64,000 nucleotides of DNA from Sedimentisphaerales bacterium (GTDB lineage: Bacteria > Planctomycetota > Phycisphaerae > Sedimentisphaerales > Anaerobacaceae): contig OY970194.1 in NCBI GenBank assembly GCA_963708075.1, positions 2,560,001 to 2,624,000 on the forward strand. Reading direction: 5' to 3'. The position numbers and the translations under genes were made by a program. Positions 51,585 to 61,324 of this stretch are shown in pieces. The notes beneath the pieces were generated by a model. The model did not search any database, was not told where the DNA came from, and saw only the letters and a program-made list of their open reading frames with translations. Numbering within the stretch: the first letter of the stretch is position 1; every line of letters starts with the position of its first letter.

Positions 51585-53139
51585 ATGACGACATGTATTC
51601 CGAACTACGACGCGCTCTATGTTGTCTCTGACATTCATATGGGGGGCGGTAAGCCGCGCTTTCAGATCCTGAACCAGGGGTCCCGCCTCGGGAAGCTGAT
51701 CCAAAGGCTGGCCGGAGAGCGCCCCGATGACGAGGTCGCACTCGTGTTGAATGGCGACGTCATCGACTCCCTCGCGGAAGATTCCATCGGGTATATTGCG
51801 ATAGACAATGCCGACCAGATGATGCGTCATATCTATCGAGATCCAGCCTTCGAGCCGGTGTGGCGCGGCTTGGCCGAATTTGTGAAGCAGGATCATCGCC
51901 ACTTGATCTTCGTCCTGGGCAATCACGACCTCGAAATGGCGCTCCCGCACGTCGAGTACTCGATACGCCAGCAGATCACACAAGGAGACACGCTGCGGCA
52001 GGGTCGCATCACGTTCGCTACGCGCGGTGGCGGCTATGCATGCAAGGTCGGCCACTCTCATGTGTTCTGCACGCATGGGAACGAAGTCGACGATTGGAAC
52101 GTCGTCGATTATGGCGCCCTTGGCAGGCTCGCACGAAGCATCAATGTTGGACTGAGCCTCAAACAGTCCGAGTGGACTCCCAATGCCGGGACGCGGCTTG
52201 TCATCGATGTCATGAACGGCATCAAACAGGACTACGCCTTCGTCGATCTGCTGAAACCCGAGAACCGAGACCGTCGTCCCCATCTTACTCGCTCTCGAGC
52301 CGTTGACAATAAAGGATGTCCTTGCGTTTCTGCCCGGCATTATGGCCGGCAAGTTCTGGGGCGGGCTTAGAAGGCGGGGAATCCTCTCCGGCGACGTGGA
52401 CAGCATGGAGGCGATCACAGATGCGAGGGCGGCGGGCGATGCCGTCCTCGATAGCTTGCTCGGCCCTCACTTCAAACAGGCCATCAAGCCCGGCGGCTCA
52501 TGCATGCCACAAGACACCGGCACCTTACTCCTTGACGTCGAGACATCCCTTGCCTCGGGCCCTGACAACCCAGACAGTGACGGGACGGAGCAGGGAGAGA
52601 CACTCGGAGTGATTCAGTGCGCCCAGTACGTTGCAGACCGCCTCAGGGGCGTCGATAAGGTAGAAGCGCTGCGTCGAGCCCTACAAGACTGGTTGTCGGA
52701 GGATGAGACATTCAAGCTCGACACTAAAGACAAGACCTACAAACGGGTGACTGACAAAGTCGGCTCCGCCGTGGATTTCGTCATCACTGGTCACACCCAC
52801 CTGGAGCGGGCCATTGCCGACGAGTCCAAGCGGCGTTTCTATTACAACTGCGGGACATGGGCTCGCTTGCTCCGTCTCGGGCCCAAGACTCTGTCTGACC
52901 CCGAGACGTTCCAAACAATCTGGGATGTCATACGCGCCGGAGAGATGCAGAAACTCGATGAGACAACTGTCAAGGCTGACGACGGATCGGAGGTGCCTCT
53001 GATTCTACTCAAGTCGACTGTGGTGAGAATCTCTTCCGAGAATGGCAAGGTCGAGGGCAGACTTTTTCATGTGAGAGACACCGGCGCCGAGGATGTGGAT
53101 CTGGACCCGGTGCCTGACTCAACGTTCGAGAGGAGGTAA
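51585..53139 (+). CDS. Calcineurin-like metallophosphoesterase (frameshift ~52263)
   Basis: All five metal motifs across the two ORFs: SDIH, NGDVID, GNHD, THG, GHTH; also YYNCGTW. Confidence 0.88.
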
Positions 53140-53142
53140 GGG

Positions 53143-54969
53143 ATGGCTGCGGTACACGAAATCACGCTTGAGTTGTTACGTGAGGGCCGGGCGCACAACC
53201 AACTGCTATCGGAGTTTACCCGATACCTTGCCATCTGTGGCGACGCATCCCCGGCGACGGTCAGCTTCGAGAACCGAGCACCGAGCGCTTCTCGATCGTC
53301 TCGATCACCTTCGATATCTGGACGTTCGCGAGGCGTCGCGTCAATCGGCGGTGCGCGAGCTCGGTGAGATCAGCGGTCGCTTTCTAAGCAGTATCCCGGA
53401 GCTCAACGCGGAGCTATCGAGCCGGGAAAGTGCCGACTCCGACATCGTCCACTTGAGATTGGTTCTGTTCGGTTCCGAGCTTGGATTGATACCATTCGAG
53501 TTAGCCACCCTCCCCGAGGGCTCCGTGGGCGAGGGCCTGCCGCTTCTTCTCCAGTCGGAAACGCCCGTCACCCTGACCCGCGAGGTACGCCGCTGCCGCC
53601 CAGTCCCCGTAAACTGGGACCGCAAGCCTCGGATTCTTTTTGTTTCTGCCGAGCCCGGGGACTCGAGGTGCCTGTCAGGGCGCACCTGGGGGCCTTGCGA
53701 CGCGCCCTGGAGCCATGGATCACGTGGGAGAAGACGCCGGAAGAGCGTCTGCGGCACGTGAACGAGTCGCTGACCGTTCTGACGGGAGCCAGCCTCGAAG
53801 CTATCCGGGACGCCTGTCGTTCCAAGCCTTTCACCCACGTTCATATCCTTGCCCATGGGATCCCCACCGAGGAGGCGGGCGAGAAGCGCTACGGCCTGGC
53901 GTTGAGCTCCAAGCGAGACCCTTCTTCACTCGATCGGATCACCGGACGGCAGATCGCCGTCGCACTCCGAGAGGGGCGACTGGGCCCTTCCGTGGTGACG
54001 CTCATGACGTGCGACAGTGGCAATCAGGCTTCGGTGCTGATCCCGGGCGGGAGCATCGCCCACGAGCTGCATGCGTTCGGCATTCCGTGGGTCATTGCAT
54101 CTCAGTTTCCTCTCACGAAGACAGGTTCCGTCACCGTCGTGCAGTCTCTCTACGAGGGTCTGCTCCGGGGTGACGATCCCAGGTTCGTGTTGCAGTCGGT
54201 GCGGCGGTCTCTTTACACACGAGCACACACCGACCACGATTGGGCCAGCCTCGTCGCCTATGCAACCTTGCCGCTCGATTTCGACCGGCAAGTTGCCGCA
54301 CTACGCGATCGACAACTGCGAACGGCCCTGGATGTCGCCCTCGACAAGGCAACGAAGACTCCGAGCGGCGATGAGGCCCTGGCGAACAGCCTGCAGCAGC
54401 TCGAACATCGACTTCTCGGCCTGTCGGAAAGCGACGAACTGGGGGCTCGTGCTGAGCGCTCCGAGTGGCTCGGTAAGAAAGCGGCGATTTCGAAGCTGCG
54501 AGCCGACATCCTGTACAAGCGAAAGCTGCCGACGGAAGCACGGGAACTGCTGCGCTCCTCTCGATCCTTGTATGGAAGGGCTCGGGAAGCGGATTTGAAC
54601 AACCATTGGGTCGCGACGCAGTTCCTCTCTTTGAGCGTCATTCTCGGCGAGAAGGTGGAGGACTTCTGGTGGGGCCTCGCTCGCTACAGTGCAGAGCAGA
54701 CGTTGCAGCGGGCTTCGAGCCTCGACCGGGCCTGGGCGCATGGGACGCTGGCGGAACTCGAAATGCTCAGCATCGTGAACGCCACGGATGGTATCCAGGA
54801 AATCCAGAAGAGGGTCAAGGAGCACTGTCGCGCGATCGTGCAGCTCGTCGGGAAAGATTCTTTCGTAGTCTTTTCGACGCGGCGGCAATTCACGCGGTAC
54901 ATAGAGTGGTGGGATTGCGATCAGTGGCGTCCGATCGCGCAAACGGCGGTCGAAGTCTTGAATGCCTGA
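53143..54969 (+). CDS. CHAT (caspase-like) protease with C-terminal TPR-S/DUF4071-like region (frameshifts ~53272 and ~53658)
   Basis: GGAGG RBS; HLRLV...ELGLIPFEL, PRILFVSA, catalytic HVHILAHG and VTLMTCDSG, VIASQFP, DWAS; tail WAHGTLAEL...STRRQF. Confidence 0.85.
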
Positions 54970-55086
54970 CTCACCCAATTACGCAATGATTCTTTGACGT
55001 ATTGTTTCTCTGATGGCCGTGACCGGGTGGACGCTCTTTCGGGCCACTTCCCCGCACAGACGGGAGAATAACCAGACATGGACGAG

Positions 55087-56922
55087 TCAATCTCCTTTCT
55101 CCGGGCCACCGGTCCAGTAGCGTGCGAAGACCGAGAAATCCCGCAGGTTCACGATGTCGTCGCCCGGCGGGCCCGAAAGGTCGGCCGCTGACGCCTCCGA
55201 GCGTTCCAGCCATCTCCCGCACAGGGTCCTGAGGTCCCGGAACCGCACGGCGGAGTCCCCGTCGAAGTCGGCCTTTACGGGGCAGGTCAGCTCGATGCCT
55301 TTGCCGGCGCCGAGATTACGCGAGTACTTCTTGTCGAGGGGATTGCTCCAGTGCTCGTGGACGCCGAGGCTCTCAAGCCGAACGCCATCACCATCAGGAT
55401 CATAGAATGTGCCTGAGGGCGGCCCGTCTGCCTTGGCCGCCTCTGTCAGGTAGTCGTCGGCCCCGCTCATGCGCGGGTAGTTCGACCACTCAGTCCACAG
55501 AAAGTCACAGCAAACGGAATCGATCGCCACCGGGTCCTGCGAGACGAAAACGCTCGACGGCCAGTCACCGCCGAATGGAAGAATGCTCCATGTCACAGGA
55601 TCGGACGACCAGTTCCGGCCGGCGAACAGGCCGTCCACAATGTACAGCAGTGTCTTGCCGCCGAGTTGGGGATGGCCCATGAGGTCCACGAGGGCCCGGT
55701 ATTTCCCTGTGCCGGAGGTATTCCTCGGCAGGCTGGTGTGCATGTCATAGTAGTTGTACCTCGTGCCCCGGAGCGTCCGATCGGGATTGCGGATCAGGGC
55801 GCCGTAAAGGTTCTTGCCGCAGACGGTGATTCCGCCCTGATCGTGACTCTTGAGAATGGCGAAATTGATGAAGTAGTCCGCCTCGGCGAACGACTTGGGC
55901 AGGAAATCCTGCTTCGTGCCGGCCGCCGCCTTCGTGCTCCAATAGAACGGGACATCGGAGAATTCCACCGCCGTCCGGCCATGCCCGCTGATGTTGGAGA
56001 GGTACTGGACTTCGGGAAACTCCGGATGAACCCTGTCGTAGATGAAACCGGGCATGATGCGGCCCGGATCGCCGATGCTGATGTCCTTCTGCGCGGCGCC
56101 GACCACGTTCACCAGTTGCCGAAGCAGTGCGGCGATCATCTGCGGCGAGTTGTCGATCCGATTCCTGTTCTCGGAGCGTTTCTCGAACGTGGTTGTGCTC
56201 GCGTTGTAGCAAAGCGTGTTGTTGATCTTGATAGCGATCTTCTCGCCCGGTGCAAAGCCGACGTCGCCCTTGCCGCGGGTTTGATTGAAGTGTCGAAGGA
56301 GTCTGTCCCAAGCCTCCTTGTCGGTGCTTTCGCCTGCCAGGCCGCGGATCGCTCGTGACACCATGCTCTGCACGACGTTGGGGTCCGTGTGCACATCATC
56401 ATACCAGGGCTCCAGCGAGCTGTATCCATCCCAGTCGGTGGCGTTCGGGTCGTGAATCCAGACAACCCGCCCCGGCTGCACGCCCCTGGCAACGCCCAGC
56501 GGCAGATTCGGCACAGGAGGGTTCGCAGCAGCAGGCTGCTCCACAGGATTCACAAGCAGCCATACGAAACCAACGCCAAGTCCCAGGCACATGACACCTG
56601 CAAGCAGTCTCGCACGAGTGAAATGTTGTCTCGCCCTGCGGAATGCGATGGCCGAGCCCGCCAGCCCCAGCAGCCACAGGACAAAGCTCGAAGCGAGCGG
56701 GAATGCCACCCTCTGGCATGGATACGCGGCCCGCGACGGTTTCGGGATCACCCGCAATAAGAACCATGCGACAGAGAACAGACCAATGATGGGAAAGAGA
56801 CATCGGATGAAGAGCCAATGAAGCCATCGAAGCCGGCAATAACGCCCCGCTTGCTCCCGGATGCCGTGTGCGCACACATTCGCATCCACGTGCCCTTTGC
56901 GTGCATCTGTCCGATGAGACAT
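55087..56922 (-). CDS. DUF362 domain protein with N-terminal TMs and C-terminal dockerin-like repeat
   Basis: RVIPKPSRAAYPC, GEKIAIKIN, INFAILKSH, ITVCGKN, SQDPVAIDSV, GVHEHW; ADFDGD...RDL and ADL...DDIVNLRDF. Confidence 0.8.
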   Translation of the reverse strand: MSHRTDARKGHVDANVCAHGIREQAGRYCRLRWLHWLFIRCLFPIIGLFSVAWFLLRVIPKPSRAAYPCQRVAFPLASSFVLWLLGLAGSAIAFRRARQHFTRARLLAGVMCLGLGVGFVWLLVNPVEQPAAANPPVPNLPLGVARGVQPGRVVWIHDPNATDWDGYSSLEPWYDDVHTDPNVVQSMVSRAIRGLAGESTDKEAWDRLLRHFNQTRGKGDVGFAPGEKIAIKINNTLCYNASTTTFEKRSENRNRIDNSPQMIAALLRQLVNVVGAAQKDISIGDPGRIMPGFIYDRVHPEFPEVQYLSNISGHGRTAVEFSDVPFYWSTKAAAGTKQDFLPKSFAEADYFINFAILKSHDQGGITVCGKNLYGALIRNPDRTLRGTRYNYYDMHTSLPRNTSGTGKYRALVDLMGHPQLGGKTLLYIVDGLFAGRNWSSDPVTWSILPFGGDWPSSVFVSQDPVAIDSVCCDFLWTEWSNYPRMSGADDYLTEAAKADGPPSGTFYDPDGDGVRLESLGVHEHWSNPLDKKYSRNLGAGKGIELTCPVKADFDGDSAVRFRDLRTLCGRWLERSEASAADLSGPPGDDIVNLRDFSVFARYWTGGPEKGD

Positions 56923-56988
56923 AGTTGCGCCCTCCAATATGGGTCGAGTGCTGCGCACTCGCCCGCCGCCTCGCTGCATCTGCAGTGA

Positions 56989-57480
56989 TTATCCGCCCAG
57001 AGGTTTGCTCGGCCGGCTGCACAGCCGCTGGATGTCCCGGGCGACAATCTCCGCCACCACGAGCTGCAATTCGCGCAAACCCTGTGGCGGCGACTCGATG
57101 ACGTGGGTCACTACGGCCGGACGCTCCGGTCGTATCTCGGGCTCCGTCTGTGCCTGGCCCGGCGCCTTCCTGCGTCTGGCCGCCATCTGCCGGTGCTCAG
57201 CCAAGACGTTCTCTGCCAAGTCAAACGTCGGGACCTCCACGGCGGCAGCCGGCGGCTCCACAGGGCTCGTATCTCCGGTGTCTGCCCCTGCCTTCTGCGA
57301 ACGGCGGCCCTTGCGTTCGCATCTTGGTGGCTGCACCTGCGATTGATCAAGCACCGGCTCCTTGGACGCATTCTCCGGCTGGTCCGCCTGTGCCGCATCC
57401 TGATTAAATGGGGGAATGACATCCGCCGCCCGGAGCACCCGTGGGCGTTTCGACCTCCTGTTGTCGTTTGTCTCTGCCAC
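56989..57480 (-). CDS. Hypothetical protein
   Basis: GGAGG RBS before GTG at 57480; motifs VLRAADVIPP, VPTFDLAENVLAEHR, VAEIVARDI. Confidence 0.55.
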   Translation of the reverse strand: MAETNDNRRSKRPRVLRAADVIPPFNQDAAQADQPENASKEPVLDQSQVQPPRCERKGRRSQKAGADTGDTSPVEPPAAAVEVPTFDLAENVLAEHRQMAARRRKAPGQAQTEPEIRPERPAVVTHVIESPPQGLRELQLVVAEIVARDIQRLCSRPSKPLGG

Positions 57481-57732
57481 AGTCGCAGAACCTCCTCTGA
57501 AAGCATGCAACCGTATCGCGAGCGAGCCGTGCCGCCCCTCGCGTCACGGGATCATGACTCATGTCCTATAATCTTGCCGGAAATCGCTGGTCTTGTCGAG
57601 CTTTTTCTTCCAGGGCACGGACAGATTTCGCAGGTTCTACAACGGTTGATATCGGCCATCTGCCGCGAGATTCTGCAATCCCCGCAGATCGTTTCTTCGG
57701 GTCGGACTACTGGCGTGCGGGCAAAGCCACGC

Positions 57733-59536
57733 TCAATCGATCCGGCGGAGTTGGACGGCCTTGATGTCACAGGCCTGTTTGCCGGGGATATCCAGGGCCT
57801 TGAGGACCAGGCGGGTTTCGCCTGTGTCCAGGTCCACTGTGCCCAGGGTCAGCGGGGCCCACACCTTTTCGTAGACCTCGCCGCGGGGCACACGGTCGGG
57901 GCTGGGAATTGGGTCGGGATCGTGCGCCTTGTCAACCACCGCCTCCACCATCCGACCACCAACCTCGACGCGGAGCTTCGTGCCGAGGTTCTCCTGCGGA
58001 CAGACGTACATAAGCGTGACCTCGAACCGGCCGCGCTTGACCACTTTCAGCGGCCACCACGCATAGGCGCCGGTATCCGTCCAATTCGTGATCCAGTCGT
58101 TGGCCCAGCCGTTGGCGCCCTTGTAGCTGATGCCCTGTTTCGGGGCCGGATCGAGAAACGCCTCATGTCCCGGCAGCACGACCACGGGCCAGTCCGGATA
58201 GCCGACGTGGGTGGGGATCGGATCGAAGCCCGCCTTGGCTACGTCCCGGACCATGGCCTCGAATGCGTCACTCAGTCGCGTCACAACTTGTGGATGTCTC
58301 TCCGCGACATTGGCCTTTTGGCCAGGATCATCGATCATGTCATACAATTCCCACCGCTTGGGGCTCTTGATCGCCCGCCACCGCTGCGTGCGGACAGAGC
58401 CGCGGATATCCTCGCTATTGCCGGCGGGGGAATGGAACGTAAACAGCATGCGGTCGGGCCAGTCCTTATCATCGCCCCTGAGCAGTGGCACGAGACTCAG
58501 TCCATCCTGCGGCAGCGTCTCGGGCATCGGCAATCCGCACAGTTCCATGATCGTGGGGAACAGGTCGATGTTGGCCGCAATCTGCTTGACTTCCGTGTTC
58601 GGCTTGATGCCTGCCGAGCTGCGGATGAACAGCGGCACTCGAACGCCACCCTCGTCGATGCTGCCCTTGCGGCCCTTCATGTCGCCGTCGTAGCGGTCGG
58701 AATTGGCTCCGTTGTCGGTGAGGAAGAGTACGATCGTGCGATCCCTCAGATCGAGAGCGTCGAGGCGCCGCAGCAGTCTGCCGACGTTGTCGTCGATGTT
58801 CTCGCACATGCCGTAGATGCAGGCAAGCTGATCGTCCAGGGCGCGGGCCTTGTACTTGTCGAAATACTTGTCCGGGACCTGAAGCGGAGCATGCGGGGCA
58901 TTGTACGCTACATAGCAGAGGAACGGCCTATCTTTGTTCTTCTCGATGAACTCGATCCCCGCGTCGGTGAGCACGTCACTGATGTAGCCGCGGGTCTTGA
59001 CGGGCTTGCCATTGCGCTCCAGAGTCGTGTCGAAGTAATTGTTCCAGTGGCCTGCGCAGAAGCCCAGAAACTCATCGAATCCCTGGCCATTGGGATTGTG
59101 CGGGTAGTGCGCTCCATTGTGCCACTTGCCGAAGCAGCCGGTGACATAGCCGGCCTTCTTCATCGCCTCGGCCAGGGTTACTTCCTCCTCGCGCATCGTC
59201 TCGTAGGTGCGTGTGACGCCATGCACACCGGTCCGCAGGTGATAGCGGCCCGTCAGCAGACCCGCCCGGGTCGGCGCAGACCGGGCTGACAAAGAACCGG
59301 TCGAACCTGGCGCCTTCGGAGGCCAGTCTGTCCAACACCGGGGTGTCGATCCTGTCGTTGCCGTGCGAGTGGAAGTCGCCCCAGCCCTGGTCGTCGGTTA
59401 CGATCAGCAGGACGTTCGGCCGGGTGTTCTTCTCGGAGCGAGCCATTCCCAGACACCCCTGGAGGCTGCCGGCGACCGTCCCGCAGGCGACTGCGCCGGT
59501 GACTTGGAGGAACTGCCTTCTGCTTGGATGACTCAT
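57733..59536 (-). CDS. Tat-exported arylsulfatase (frameshift ~59275 within the CxPxR motif)
   Basis: SRRQFL, RPNVLLIVTDDQGWGD, VSPVCA/PTRAGLLTGRY split across frames, FGKWHNG. Confidence 0.9.
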
Positions 59537-61287
59537 GAAATCCGCCTCACATATATGAAGTACGCGCCGCGCGACGTGCCATCGTCGGCAGTCAGCCATG
59601 TTTGCAGTTTCATTCTACCCGGTTCCAGCCGAACACGGAATGTCACCAGCCTGGCATCGTCAGCAACCGACAGGCTCAGGTCAAGGGAGCCAATTGTCAG
59701 TCGAGCCGTATTCGTCCGAATAGCCCGGCCGCCGGGGATCGGAGCGTTAATCGGCGCATCCACCTCTGTCGGCCAGCGACGCAGCGAGAATTCGTATTCG
59801 CCTGTCCGCGCCACTTCCACGGCCCAGAAGCCATTGGCTTCGGTCCCTTTGAGGATGTGCGTCTGGTCCCACGGGGGCAGATCACCGCCGTGCCAGTCGT
59901 GGCAAGTGAGCCGGCTGGGATTCTCTTTGTCGGAGCCGATGACGAGTTCGCAATACTCATCGAATCGCGGCGAGATGTCCCCCCACCACTTCTCATACAC
60001 CTCGCGCAAAGCCTTCACCGCATCGGGGTGCTCACCACCAACATCATTCTTCTGACCTCGGTCGGCATGGATATCGTACAGTTCTCTGCCGTTGACGAGC
60101 CGCCAGCGGTCGGTCATGACGGCAGAGTGACGCCATTTCTCCGGATGCTCGATGCGCTGTGAGTCAGCAATGAGGGTGCGGTCCGGCCAACTGCTATCAC
60201 GCCCTTGCAGCAGCAGCAAGAGACTCGTCCCGTCGAATTTCACGCCCTTTGGCATTGTCAGCCCGCATGCCGCGATCAGCGTCGGCAGTAGATCGATGTG
60301 GGCTGTAAGGCGAGCCACGTCCTTGCCGCCAGTGAGACCGCCCGCGGGCCAGTGGATAAAGCACGGGACTCGATGGCCGCCGTCGTACTCGCTGCCCTTG
60401 GCCCCGCGCATGGCGGCGTTGAACCCCCTGCCGGCCTGAAAGCCCGCGGCGGTGCCGTTGTCCGTCATAAAAATGAGGATCGTGTTCTCTTCGAGGCCGA
60501 GGGCTTTGAGCCTGCCGAGGAGCCGGCCCATGTTCTCGTCGATATTCGTGATCATGCCGTAGAAATTGGCGTTCGGGACATCCTTGCCCGCGTAGAGGCT
60601 GCTGTATCGCTCAGGGACATTGTACGGGGCGTGCGGCGCGTTCGTGGCCAGGTACGCGAAGAATGGCCGATCGCGATTGGCTTCGATGAATTGCGTCGCC
60701 GCGTCGAACCAGACGTCCGTACAGTAGCCGGCGTGCTTCTCCGGCGTGCCGTTATGCCAGTACGTGTCGTCGAAGTAGTCGTTGCCCCAATAGTCCGGCG
60801 TCTGACCGACCCCGCCGCCGCCGTGAACCAGGACTTCCTGGAAGCCGCGATCCTGCGGCCGGAATGGATAGTTGTCCCCCAGGTGCCATTTGCCGAAGAT
60901 GCCCGTGCGGTAGCCGCCGGCCGCAAAGATGTCGGCCATGGTCACTTCATCCCTGCGAAGCAGCGAGCGGCCCATGACCGTGTGCCACACGCCGGTCCGG
61001 TTACAGTAGCGCCCCGTCATCAGGGACGCCCGCGTCGGTGAACATGTGGGGCTCGCGTGAAAATCGGTGAGGCGGATACTCTGCCGATACAGCGCGTCGA
61101 TATTCGGCGTTCGGAGGACCAAGTTGCCGTGACAGACGAGATCACCGTAGCCTTGGTCATCCGTGAGAACCAGAACCACGTTTGGCGGCCTGGCCTCTCT
61201 CGTGGATGAGTCTGGCCGGACGCTGCCAATCAGGGCACCGCAAGCGGCCGCGCCGACAGTCCACAGGAATTGCCTTCTGCTTTCCAC
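59533..61287 (-). CDS. Tat-exported arylsulfatase
   Basis: SRRQFL, PNVVLVLTDDQGYGD, CSPTRASLMTGRY, FGKWHLG, GGHRVP. Confidence 0.95.
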   Translation of the reverse strand: MESRRQFLWTVGAAACGALIGSVRPDSSTREARPPNVVLVLTDDQGYGDLVCHGNLVLRTPNIDALYRQSIRLTDFHASPTCSPTRASLMTGRYCNRTGVWHTVMGRSLLRRDEVTMADIFAAGGYRTGIFGKWHLGDNYPFRPQDRGFQEVLVHGGGGVGQTPDYWGNDYFDDTYWHNGTPEKHAGYCTDVWFDAATQFIEANRDRPFFAYLATNAPHAPYNVPERYSSLYAGKDVPNANFYGMITNIDENMGRLLGRLKALGLEENTILIFMTDNGTAAGFQAGRGFNAAMRGAKGSEYDGGHRVPCFIHWPAGGLTGGKDVARLTAHIDLLPTLIAACGLTMPKGVKFDGTSLLLLLQGRDSSWPDRTLIADSQRIEHPEKWRHSAVMTDRWRLVNGRELYDIHADRGQKNDVGGEHPDAVKALREVYEKWWGDISPRFDEYCELVIGSDKENPSRLTCHDWHGGDLPPWDQTHILKGTEANGFWAVEVARTGEYEFSLRRWPTEVDAPINAPIPGGRAIRTNTARLTIGSLDLSLSVADDARLVTFRVRLEPGRMKLQTWLTADDGTSRGAYFIYVRRIS

Positions 61288-61324
61288 AGCGTCCCCTACC
61301 GACTAACACCGCGACCAGTACCAA

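Noticed and set aside
55036..55056. Distal att site (CGGGCCACTTCCC resembling the tRNA 5' end on this strand)
   Set aside because: The match is too short and gapped to exceed chance in GC-rich DNA.
57103..59289. 728-aa plus-strand ORF
   Set aside because: Antisense shadow of the sulfatase in high-GC DNA, with no recognisable motifs.
14713..59536. Widespread pseudogenisation or programmed ribosomal frameshifting
   Set aside because: Catalytic motifs are intact, there are no in-frame stops, and the shifts sit on recurring DNA motifs in both orientations. Sequencing error is more parsimonious.
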